Source: Chiloscyllium plagiosum (taxonomy: Eukaryota). Taken from it: DNA of 64,000 bases. The notes under the pieces were generated by a model, which was not told the DNA's origin, did no database searches, and saw nothing but the letters and a program-made list of their open reading frames with translations. Within the stretch, counting starts at the first letter, position 1. Each line of letters starts with the position of its first letter. Location: assembly GCF_004010195.1 (NCBI RefSeq), contig NC_057718.1:53813615-53877614 (forward strand), read 5' to 3'. Of the stretch, positions 11,822-23,039 are shown one piece after another. The translations under genes were made by a program, and so were the position numbers.

Positions 11822-12055
11822 TGTAGTGACTATAACAAAGTCAGCTAGGTAGACCTCATAGAACATGAGTTCCCTTACTGGGGCTTAATCTATTCCAATC
11901 AGGGAGCCCTGGCTGACAGATATTACCAGGCGTGTCAGAGATTCTGCTCACTCTGAGAGTTGACTCTGAGGAAGTTGGATCAATGTCAAACACTATGCAA
12001 GCATAAATAAAGAGTGACTTGGTGATAGGTGACTGGTTTTTATGGAATTATTTTT
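11822..12055 (+). repeat. 5' LTR (uninterrupted, carries the empty target site)
   Basis: Starts tgtagtga; ccaatc 11895-11900; gatattaccaggcgtgt^cagagattc; aataaa 12006-12011. Confidence 0.9.
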
Positions 12056-12276
12056 GTGGAGGCAAAAGGAAAAACATTTGCTCCTGAAGAAATTTGCTTA
12101 CAATAGTCATCTTTGTGTTGAAGTAAGCATTGCTGGCACCATGCCATTATTTGGGAAGCTTGACTCGTTTTATTCTGCCTTCGAAGACTGGGCCCAGTAT
12201 GTGGAAAGAACATGTTATTATTTCCAGACAAATGACATTGGGGCAGATGAAAAGCAACAAGTAATTCTCCTGACAG

Positions 12277-12418
12277 TTATGCTTGCATAATGCTTGACAC
12301 TGATCCAGCTTCCTCAGAATCAACTCTCAGAGTGAGCAGAATCTCTGACACGCCTGTTCATATCTGTCAGTCAGGGCTCACTGATTGGAACAGATTAAGC
12401 CGCAATAAGGGAACTCAC
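12277..12418 (-). repeat. Inverted partial copy of the 5' LTR inside gag
   Basis: Reverse complement of ~11865-12006, including the empty site gatatgaacaggcgtgtcagagattc. Confidence 0.9.
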
Positions 12419-12523
12419 ATTGACCTGCAGCTATTTCAGTTATAAGGAGCCTAACGTTTTCTGAGGCATCAGGCACTAAAATCTTTAAAACGTTAAGGGA
12501 TTTAGTTAAGGATTATTATGACC

Positions 12524-13294
12524 AGCTTGTCTGTTTGCTCACTGAGCTGGTGGGTTTGTTTTCAGATGTTTTGTCACCATGCTAGGTAACATCATCAGTG
12601 AGCCTCCGGGGAAGTGTTGATGTTCTGCCCCGTTTGCTATTTATTTGTCTTGGTCTGTTGTGGTGAGTGGTATCATTTCCATTCTGTTTCTGAGAGATTG
12701 TTGAATAGGGTCTAAGTCTATAAGTTTGATAATGGAGTTCCAGTTTGAATGCCAGGTCTCGAGGAATTCCTGTTGTGTCTTTGTTTAGCCTGTCCCAGGA
12801 TGGATGTATTGTCCCAGTTAAACTAGTGTGCTTCTTTGTCAGTGTGAATGGCTACCAGTGATAACTGGCCATGCCTTTTGGTGGCTGTTTGGTGCTCATA
12901 TATCTAGGTTATTGAATTAGTGTCCATTATATTGGACAGATGAGCAGGAAACTAGCCACCAGGATATTTTTCTACTGGGACAATACATCCATCCTGGGAC
13001 AGGCCAAACAAAGATATGCACGGGTATTCCTAGAGGCCTGGCCTTCCCCCCATTTAGATTTAGAACCCATTTAGCAATCTCTCAGAAACAGAACTGGAAA
13101 TGATATCACCCACCACAACAAACCAAGACAGATAAATAGGAAGCAGGGCAGAACACCAACACTTCACCAGAGGTTCCCTGATGATGTGAACTAGCATGGG
13201 GACAAAACGTCTGAAAACAAACCCACTAGCTCAGTGAGCAAACAGACAAGCTGATCCACAACCTGAGCTACAAATCTTCTCCAAAATCTCGGTA
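12524..13294. mobile_element. PLE (Poseidon/Penelope-type) GIY-YIG C-terminus in inverted-repeat arrangement, nested in gag
   Basis: 12524-~12910 is the reverse complement of ~12925-13253; + arm encodes HYIGQ..RKLATR and WDNTSILGQAKQR.AR.FLEAW; decayed CTGATGA...(G)AAA motifs in both arms. Confidence 0.85.
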
Positions 13295-13934
13295 ACCCCA
13301 AACATCCTCTAATTCTGAGATACTATGGGCAATTTGAGAATCAGAGAAATCCGTGTTGAGATTTTTGATGAGGTTAAGACATGTGACAGAGGCATGTGAC
13401 TTTGGTTTAATCCTTAATGAGATGCTGAGAGACTGTTTGATATGTGGGACTGAAGATGTAACCATGCAAAAGCACCCAATAGCTGAAGCTCAACTGGACT
13501 TCACACAGGCACCACAACTGGCTTTATCATTGGAAAATGTGGCAAGTGGAGCATATGAGTTGCACAATATGCCAATGGAAGTGGACACCATTACTAGCGC
13601 AACTGACAACAGTTGAGCGAATGCAATGGCATCACTTGACTCAGGCCATATCCTGAATAAAGGGACTCGAGGTCAGCCTACAGTAAAACGCCAAAATAAG
13701 GCTAAGCCTCAGCCAAACAGTTAACATTTTCTTCAAGATCTGGGCCAGCAAAGCATTGTAGTTGCTACCAGTATGCAGACTTGAGACAGCAAAAGAGTTC
13801 CACTAGGCCTGAATTGAGTAAGTGAACTTGTACGCCGGGATCCATGAGAGTGCACACCTGGAAAGAACTCCTACATCTGGCTTGGAACTGTTAAATTGGT
13901 CAGCAACATCCAAATCAAAACCAATCAAAATAAA

Positions 13935-14151
13935 GTTAAAAATCACACAAAACCAGGTTATAGTCCAACAGGTTTAATTGGAAGCACACTAGCTTTTGGA
14001 GCAACGCTCCTTCATCAGGTGATAGTGGAGGGCTCAATCCTAACACAGAATTTATAGCAAAAATTTATAGTGTGATGTAACTGAAATTGTACATTGAAAA
14101 ATTGATTGTCTGTTAAGCCTTTCATCTGTTAGAATACAGTGATAGTTTCAC
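13935..14151 (-). mobile_element. PLE 3'-end fragment nested just upstream of the Gypsy protease
   Basis: Minus strand reads cctgatgaaggagcgttgctccaaaagct...ctggttttgtgtgattttt; 11-bp TSD ATCAAAATAAA at 13924-13934 and 14152-14162; same family as 28539-28655. Confidence 0.85.
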
Positions 14152-16044
14152 ATCAAAATAAACTTCTGGTTAAATGGTGACCCTGTTTTAGTGGGTTGAT
14201 ACCGCCGCAGTTGTGTCAGTGATTGCAGAACCAGTCTTTAACAAAATTTGCTCTGGACCCCAACCCTTAAATTTGTGTAAGACCTTGGCCTCCTCATATT
14301 GTATCAGGATAACATTGGCTTACAAATGGCCCAGTGGAGAAAAAAGCCCAACAATGTATGCTGCCTGGAATTTGGCTGATGCAGAGCACAAATATGCCCA
14401 GATAGAGAATGAAGATGTGATGGTCATCTTTGGTATGAGAAGGTTCCACTAATACTTTTAATAGTAAACATGTAATAGTAACAGACCACAAACCCCTGCT
14501 GGGGCTACTAAAAGAGGACAAAGCCATACCACCCATAGCCTCAAGTTGAATTCAGCAGTGGGCTCTCATTCTAACTGTGTACAATTCCAAGTTCAAACAC
14601 CGTCCGGAAGGCTAAATAGCAAATATGGATGCCTTGAGCTCCCTCCCACTGGCAGATACAATACTGGTGGTGCCATCACTGGAAGAGTCCATTCTAGTTT
14701 TAAACTTTCTGGACATCCTTCTAAGCATTCACTGACAATATCAGAATGTGGACGCAAAAAGATCCAGTTCTGACAAAACTAAACAGCTGGTGGTGATAGG
14801 GAAAACCTAAGAGCCTTCACTATCAGAATTGAAACCTTTATAGATCCGGAGAGAATGACAGACTGCCAGATCACTGTAGAGGATGGCATGAGTGATCATC
14901 CCAAGCAAAGGTTGCTGCCAGAAACTGGTTGAACTCCACTAGGGCTGTCCAAAATGAAGATGTTAGGGAGAGGTTATGTCTGGCAGCCGGGATTGTATGC
15001 AGACATAGCCATGTTGATGGGGCAGTGCCCAGGGTGCCAACAAGGACAAAAACTACTGCCAGCAGATCTCTCACATTCATAGTCCAGGTGAACCCTGGAC
15101 TCAGTTACACTTCAACTATGCCTGTCCTTTCATGGACTCAATGTTCTTAGCCATTGTGGATACCCATTTAGAGTCATTGGACATGCACAGAGTTCATCCA
15201 TCAAACATAGGGACAGTGACAGAAAACCTGCAAGCATTTTTTGCAATGCATAAAGAAGTGTTGGTCGCAGACAACGGGCTGAGAATTTGACTATTTCCTC
15301 GAGTCAACTGGCATTTGGCATAAAAGGACAGCTCCTTAATATCCATTGCCCAATGGTTTGGTGGAAAGAGTAGTCCAAACCTTGAAGGCAGGCTTAAAGA
15401 AACAGCCTGTAACTTCATTTGATACCAAATAATACCGGGTTCCTGTTTGATTATCAGACGACACCCTCATGGAACTACAGGGACATCTCCAGCAGACTCG
15501 CTAATGGGGAAAAGACCTGCACCAGGTTAAATCTGATCTTCCCAGACCTGGCTGGCAGTGTGAAACAGCCAGTACAGGACACAAGATTCCGAGAGAGACA
15601 GTTTACTTCAGGGGATGATGTTTGGTACAGGAACCACGGGAATGGCACTGCATGGGTAAGGGGCAAGGTCGCGCAAGGTCAGGTCCCATGACATACAATG
15701 TTCGGGTAGGTGAGATGGTACTGCGCAAGCATGTGGACCACATGAAAGCTGCAAACTCGCAAATGGGACAGGAGTGAAACATACCCAGCCCCTCAGAACA
15801 ACCAGAATGCTGTCAGAACCATGGGTTCTCCCCCACTGTCCAGCATCAAAGAAATCTCAGAATCTGAGATCAACACATTGAAGAAGATGATGAATTTCTT
15901 CCAAGACACACGAGGCTACAATCCAGTATATACTGCCTGTATCCAAGGCTGAGATGGAGGAACTAGACCCAATTGTGAAAATGCCCCAGGATAGACTGCA
16001 ATATAAAAAACAGGTCTACCTCCCTGGACTTAGAGGGGGCGGGA

Positions 16045-17101
16045 TATACCAATTGTAACAGGGTCAGCCAGGTGGACCTCATAGAAAATGGTCCAATCAA
16101 GGACCCCTGACTGGCAGATATAAAAGAGTGTAGGTGCAAAGGGGTGGGTGAGAGCCCAATGGTACTTGGGGCAAACTGAGAGCCAGAAGGTGGGCAGCCG
16201 TCCTCAGCGCTGTCACCCCGGGCAGGTACCGGGGCGGGCTTCTACTACCAGAGCAGTGCCACATAAATAGGACTGTTTACCGTGGTTTCCATAGCGACTT
16301 TGAATCACAGATTGCCTATCACAAGAGGAGACTAATCATTAAAACATTTATGTGAAACTGGGATTTGAGGTTTGTCCTCATGTCCCTGTAAACTGTTTGA
16401 ACGGTAGGGTTTAGGGCCTGGCTTTGCTGCTCCTCTCCCTTGTAAAATTGCTGTCTCTTGTATGCAGCTGTAAATGTAACTTTGTTGTAAACTGTTTTTG
16501 TAATTTGTTTAATAAAATATTTAAAAAAATAAACAGGAAAAATTAAAAAAAAAAGAGTGTACCCCAGGCAGGCACCAGGTGTTGAAAGGTGTGTCAGGGC
16601 GGACCAAGAACTGGAAGGGGCATGGGGTGGACCGTGAGCCGGAAGATGCATAGGGGTGGGCTGCCTTAGAGTGGCCGGAAGGTGGGAGGGACGGGGGGGG
16701 GCTTGATGTGTTTTCTAGGGGTCTGTATTGATGCACTGTTTCTTGTGTAATTGGACTGTCTTACATGTACAAGTGTCATTGTTACTGTTTTATAATGATT
16801 GAAGCTGGGATTTGACGTTTCTCATTTCCCTGAAAACTGGTTGAACGGTAGGGTTTGGGGCCTGGCTTTGCCATTCCTCTCCCGTGTAAACTTGCTGTTT
16901 CTCTGTATACAGCTGTAAATGTTAATTGTTTGTGTAAACTGTGAATTGTTTAATAAAATATGAAAAATAATAAAAGAGTGTCAAAGATTCTGCTTACTCT
17001 GAGAGCTGGGTCTGAGAAAACTGGACTAGTGTCAAGTACTGTGCATGTCAAAATAAAGGGTGACTTGGTGATGGGATACTGGCCTCTGTGGTGTTATCTC
17101 T
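16045..17101 (+). repeat. 3' LTR, interrupted by tandem non-LTR inserts
   Basis: Follows the polypurine tract; 16045-16131 and 16970-17101 align to the 5' LTR. Confidence 0.9.
16132..16969 (+). mobile_element. Two tandem 5'-truncated non-LTR 3' UTR inserts (family B, L1/Tx1-like)
   Basis: Units 16132-16550 and 16561-16969 share ~160 bp of 3' end (ctgggatttga...gaacggtagggttt.gggcctggctttgc...gtttaataaaata plus A tail) but differ 5' of it; bounded by (at)aaaagagtgt at 16120-16131, 16551-16560 and 16970-16981. Confidence 0.85.
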
Positions 17102-18124
17102 TTACAGTTATGGAAGGCCATTCCATCCATTGAGTTCATCTAACCCAACCACATCCCCAAAACTCCTTGATAGCTTTGACTTCATGATCTCACTAATTAT
17201 TTCAAACTATCACCCATTTAGTGTCTGTTACAAATAGCTTTTAACTTATATTTATGGTGTATTGTCCAATTGTACTAACTTACAGTGAAGTAATATTCTG
17301 GATTCACTTGCTGCGGTTTAATAATTTATATACACCAATGATGACTCTTAAACTTGTTCTGGAAATATAGAGCTTATTCTCCTTTAATCTTTTCTCATGC
17401 CTCTTCTATTTTTCATTATTCTTGTCATTATCAGCACATGCATGAGTTGTGCATATAGTCTTTTGAAGCATAGCAAATATATTTGGGCAAGATACTCCAG
17501 ATAAGGTCAGACCAATTATAATAATGACTTGGCATAACTTCATTAGACTGTTCTGGTTGTGTAGCCTAACACTTAGTTTGCATTTTCATTTGTTCTTGAT
17601 ATTTTGCCATCATTGAAAATGAAATGTCTAAAGTCACTTTCAGGTCTTTTCAAACTATTCCTGTGCAAACTCCCTTTGTTGTCTATATTGTTTATTCCAT
17701 TGTCTGATATATATTTGCATTTTAAACTTTAATATTAATTTTCAATATCTTTGCCAATTGCATAATTTGTTGAATATTTGTGCACCTTTGAAATTGCATC
17801 TTCTGCACCGACTATAGATTAATGGACAGAAAGTTAAGAGAACTCTTTTCTGACATACATTTCCTCTGGCTGATGTTTGTTGCATTTGCTGTATCAGAAC
17901 TGATTCCAGCTAAATGCAGAACCCAAGATAATTTTTTTTTGAGTTTCCTATTTTTATCCAGTGAATTAAAAGCAATATACTGAGGATGCTACAAATTAGA
18001 AATAAAAATTGAAAATTATGGGTAACATTCAGCCGGTCAGGAAGGATCTGTGAAAGGAGTTTCAGTTCAATGATCATTTATCAGAAATGATCCAGTAACC
18101 CTCAAGCCAACCTGAAAAAAAGGT

Positions 18125-19530
18125 TATAAGAGCAAAAGTAGGCCATTCAGCCTATCAAGTATCTTCTGCTATTCAATGAGAACATGGCTTATCTGATAAT
18201 CCACAGCTCCATATTCCTGCCGTTTTCCCACAACCTTTGATTCCTTTCCTGATTAAATATCTGCCTATCTCTGACTTGATTATACTGAATGATCCAGCCT
18301 CTACAATCCTCCAAGGGAAAGAATTCTACAGATTCACAACCCTCTGAAAGAGGAAATTCCTCTTCATTTCTGTCCTAAGTGTGAAACCCCTTATTCTGAG
18401 ATGATGATCTCAGTCCTAGACTTTCCCACAAGGGAAAATAACATTTCTACATCCATGCCCAGTCATTTAAGAATTGTGTGTGTTTCAACAAGGTCACCTC
18501 TCATTCTTTCAAATTCCAATCAGTACAGATTCAACCTGCTCAACCTTTCCTAATAAGACAATTTCTCTGTACCTGGTATTAGCCTAGTGAATATTCTCTG
18601 GACTGCTTCCAATGCTAGTTAATCTTTCCATTATTATGAGCCTAAAACTGTTTACAGTATTCCAACTGTGCTCTGACTAGTGCCCTGTTTAATTTGAACA
18701 ATATGTCCCTACATTTGAAATAAAGGTAGATACAGTAACTATTACTAATTAACTGTTCCAATATATATCAACATTGCATGAATACACCTCTTGGCAATAA
18801 AAGGAAAATTCAGACACAGATTCTCACATGCAGCTCTCCAATCCAGGAGGAATAAACATCAAGAGAAAATTCAGTGAGAGTAGCAGCCAAGATACATTCA
18901 ATGAAGCTTCCAACTCTTTTGGATATCTTTGTACCTTTGAAATAGAGGTGAATATTTCATTTGTGCTGAACCTGCTGAACCTGGATACTAACTTTTTGTC
19001 ATAAATGGGTGAGAGTTTCTCAACAAATTCTTATGCTCCGTAGCTTTCTGCAATTTTTCTCAATTTAAATTGTATTCAGCTGTTCTTTTCTTCCCACCAA
19101 TGTGCATAACCTCACACTTCCCACATTAAATACCACAGTCTTGTTTTTGCCTACTTGCTATAAACTGTCTGTATCCTTCTGCCCACTCTGTGCCATCTTC
19201 ACCATTTGCCTTCCCATCTATTTTTGTGTCATCCACCAACTTGCCTGTAGTCCAAACCATTAATATACACATTGTCGATTATTGTGGTTCCATCACTGAT
19301 CATTGTGGCACACCAATAATTATAGGCTGCCATCCTGAAAATGCACCCTGCCCCCATCCCAACACTCTGTCTTTTATTCTTCTGCTTTTATTTTATATTA
19401 AAAATCCTCTTGGTGATTTTGTCAAAGACTTTTCAAAATTACAGATAAATTATATGAAAGAGGTGTCTTATTTTCTCAAAGAAATTGAGAAGCTTTTTAA
19501 ACATTACCTTCCCCTGGTGGATGCTTCTGG
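18125..19530 (-). mobile_element. Decayed CR1 LINE (tail and RT)
   Basis: Tail ataagagcaaaagtaggccattcagcc at ~18126; the reverse complement shows remnants of LEYC.QF, K..DDTK and GVPQ.SV..P motifs. Confidence 0.75.
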
Positions 19531-20313
19531 CTATGCTATTGTTATTCAAGTACTTTTTTAAGCCACTGCTTAGAATGATTCCTATTATTTACTGTGCTCA
19601 ATAATAACACTAGACCTGTTTGGCCAGGGTACAGATTACCACCTACTTTGAAAATAAGCTTTAATTTTGATCCCAAGGAATCGCTCCATGAAATGGTTAA
19701 ACTGACATGTTTCTTGTGTTTTTAATACATATATTTGATACTTCAATAATTGATCATTTGATTGGATTGAGATGATCTTCTAATCTAATAATTTTCTCAT
19801 TGAAATCAAGAAGGAACTAACTAGCACACACTTATATGTTTGCATATGGGCCTGAATTTTTGACCCTCAGTGACTCTTTAGATTTTGCCATAATTATTCA
19901 AACTATTAGTGTCTACAGTTTCAAATTAAACCCAAAAACCTCTCACTGACTATTTATGCCAACTACATTGGAATAGTTTTAATACTTATTTTAATTAAAA
20001 TTAGATTATTGCATCAGAGCAACTTTTTTCTCAATTGTTATTATTTACTCAAAGGTAATTTTAAAATCAAGGAGCAGTATACCTGGAATAAATTTTGGTC
20101 TAGGAATTTCTGCCTGGAAATGAAAAACAAAAGGGAAAATCCAGAAGTTGCTTTCAGTGACTCTCTGTTTCTCCAATGGGATTATTCATTGCAGAGAGAA
20201 TTGCATAAGAATCAAGCATAAGAACTCTCTAATTCCAATTTGAGAAGTTGAAAGCAGCCATGTGCTGAAGTCAGTTGCAATCTTTTCAAAAGGCAACCAA
20301 ATAAGAAGTTACT

Positions 20314-20633
20314 CATAGAATACCTACAGTATGGAAAGAAGCTATTTAGCCCATTAAGTTCACACTGACTCCGAAAAGCATCATACCCAGTTCCACCTAT
20401 CCCCGTAACCCCATATTTACCACGGCTCACCCAACTGGTCTACACATCCCTGGAGTCTATAGGGTAATTCAGCATGGCGAACCCATCTAACCTGTACATG
20501 TATGGACTGTGGGAGGAGACCAGACCACCCTGCAGAAAGGGGGAGTACATGCAAACTCTGCACAGACAGTCACCTGAGGCTGGAATTGAATGCACTGTAA
20601 GGCAGCAGTGCTAACCACCGAGCCACCATGCTG
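20314..20633 (-). mobile_element. HE1-type SINE (older copy)
   Basis: ggactgtgggagga...gcagcagtgctaaccaccgagccacc is the reverse complement of the HE1 body and head. Confidence 0.85.
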
Positions 20634-20832
20634 TCACTTTCTCATCCACGAGGATTGGACCCAATGTTCAATGGGAGGACCAGTGGCAATTTCTGGCTGC
20701 CAGGTGAAGTGGGCAGGAGAAACTGGAAGTTCATAAGAGTGAAACGCATTCTGAAAATGTTGGAAATTCTAAAAAAAAAGTGGCCATAGATGTCAGGTCA
20801 TCTTGAGGAGGTGGAAAGGAAATATCAATGGC

Positions 20833-22277
20833 AAAATCAATGACTGCAGATGCTGGAAACCAGAGTCTAGATTAGAATGGTGCTGAAAAAGCACAGCAGT
20901 TCAGGCAGCATCCGAGGAGCTTCGAAATCGACGTTTCGAGCAAAAGCCCTTCATCAGGAATAAAGGCAGAGAGCCTGAAGCGTGGAGAGATAAATGAGAG
21001 GAGGGAGGGGGTGGGGAGAAAGTAGCATAGATTACAATAGGTGAGTGGGGGAGGAGATGAAGGTGATAGGTCAGGGGGGGAGGAGGGGGGAGTGGATAGG
21101 TGGAAAAGAAGATAGGAAGGTAGGACAAGTCATGGGGACAGTGCTGAGCTGGAAGTTTGGAACTGGGGTAGGGTGGGGGAAGTGGAAATGAGGAAACTGG
21201 TGAAGTCCACATTGATGCCCTGGGGTTGGAGTGTTCCGAGGCAGAAGATGAGGCATTCTTCCTCCAGGCGTCGGGTGGTGACGGAGCATCGGTGAAGGAG
21301 GCCCAGGACCTCCATGTCCTCAGCAGAGTGGGAGGGGGAGTTGAAATGTTGAGCCACAGGGTGGTGTGGCTGATTGGTGCGGGTGTCCCAGAGATGTTCC
21401 CTGGAGTGCTCTGCTAGGAGGCGCCCAGTTTCCCCAATGTAGAGGAGACCGTATCGGGAGCAACGGATACAATAAATGATATTGGTGGATATGCAGGTAA
21501 AACTTTATGGATGTGGAAGGCTCCTTTGGGACCTTGGATGGAGGTGAGGGAGGAGGTGTGGGCGCAGGTTTTGCAATTCCTGCGGTGGCAGGGGAAGGTG
21601 CCAGGATGGGAGGGTGGATTGTAGGGGGGCGTGGACCTGACCAGGTAGTCACGGAGGGAAAGGTCTTTGCAGAAGGCAGAAAGGGGTGGGGAGGGAAATA
21701 TATCCCTGGCGGTGGGGTCTGTTTGGAGGTGGCGGAAATGTCGGCGGATGATTTGGTTTATGCGAAGACTGGTAGGGTGGAAGGTGAGCACCAGGGCTGT
21801 TCTGTCCTTGTTACGGCTGGAGGGGTGGGGTCTGAGGGCAGAGGTGCAGGATGTAGATGAGATGCGATGGAGGGCATCTTTAACCACGTGGGAAGGGAAA
21901 TTGCGGTCTCTGACGAAGGAGGCCAACTGGTGTGTTTTGTGGTGGAACTGGTCCTCCTGGGAGCAGATATGGCAGAGGCGGAGGAATTGGAAATACGGGA
22001 TGGCAGTTTTGCAGGAGGTAGGGTGGGAAGAGGTGTAATCCAGGTAGCTGTGGGAGTCGGTGGGTTTGTAAAAAATGTCGGTGTCAAGTCGGTTGTCATT
22101 AATGGAGATGGAGAGGTCCAGGAAGGGGAGGGAGGCGTCAGAGATGGTCCAGGTAAATTTAAGGTCGGGTGGAATGTGTTGGTGAAGTTGATGAAGTTGA
22201 TGAATTGGAGCACGAGGTGGCGCCAATGCAGTCATCAATGTAGCGGAGGAAGAGGTGGGGAGTGGTGCCGGTGTAAT
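20833..22277 (-). mobile_element. PLE (Neptune-like): RT C-terminus, GIY-YIG endonuclease and 3' terminal repeat
   Basis: ORF 21414-22283: PDLKFTW...LPFLDL...TDIFYKPTDSHSYLDYTSSHP...LTFHP...PCHRRNCKTCAH; frameshifted GIY-YIG; hammerhead motif at 20926-20961; 10-bp TSD TATCAATGGC at 20823-20832 and 22278-22287. Confidence 0.93.
20926..20961 (-). ncRNA. Minimal type I hammerhead ribozyme motif in the PLE terminal repeat
   Basis: Minus strand ttcCTGATGAagggcttttgctcGAAAcGTCgatt: catalytic boxes CUGAUGA and GAAA, 4-bp stem II, GUC triplet. Confidence 0.75.
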
Positions 22278-23039
22278 TATCAATGGCGTCCTGGCCTAAA
22301 CCTGGGAGGGCTACTTCAAGGCATTAGCCAGCCTTCAGCCCATCTGTCATTATAGAGGTCACAGCAGTGTCACACCTTACACCCAAATAGAGACTCTTTT
22401 GATCTGAATTGGCTAGCTATCACTGGTGGACAGGGAATCAGTTCAGCTCAGACTCTACCAAGGCAAGATTTTCTCGAAGTAGCTGTGGGAGATGTCAGGG
22501 AGCTGCCCCAGTGTGAGAATCTCTCATTTTTCTCTCCGTTCTATCTCTTAGTCCACCCCCACAGGACCGGGCAAATTGACAAGGCGTCAAGTCTTGGCTA
22601 GAGTTATCATATAATTCTTACATAAATTTAATCACTGCAGATGCTCAAATTGGTTTTGGCATGTAATTAGAACCTTAGCATTGACAGCAGTCTGAAAGTC
22701 CAATTCCTGCAGCAAAATTCATTTCTATTCACTTCAAAGGGTAGAGGAAGAAAATCCACTTAAAATACCCAATCACATTGTTTCAACTGTTCCCTATATT
22801 CTTTCAATCACAAGGCCACTCTAGAATTTAAGGAATTTCATCAGTGCTTCTGTGAGGACTAGCACAGGAAACATACCCAATTATTCTTAAGTCAAGGCAC
22901 TATCAAAATGGATTGATGTCTCCACATTGCTATCCATTTCTCAAAAAATGCAATTAACTATCAAAGTGTGCAGGATTATTTATTTTGAGACCAACTGATT
23001 TCATTAGGATAAGCACTGAAAAGCCATTTAATCTTTGAA

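Larger units (their letters stand above)
11822..17101 (+). mobile_element. Degenerate Gypsy (Mag/K02A2.6-like) LTR retrotransposon with both LTRs, RT deleted, multiple nested insertions
   Basis: 5' LTR 11822-12055; gag from ATG 12141 (MPLFGKLDSF...DWAQYVER; CDFG..LNEMLRD); protease DT motif ~14198; RNase H (DAEHKYAQIE...IFG.RRFH; TDHKPLLGLL); integrase remnants to ~15750; polypurine tract agagggggcggga 16032-16044; 3' LTR 16045-17101; near-perfect 5-bp TSD tcaca (11817-11821) / ttaca (17102-17106). Confidence 0.92.

Noticed and set aside
16132..16969. Simple tandem duplication as the origin of the paired inserts
   Set aside because: The two units share only their 3' ends, with many differences, and have dissimilar 5' portions, each with its own A tail.
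21507..22355. Several overlapping + strand ORFs
   Set aside because: Antisense shadows of the minus-strand PLE ORF.
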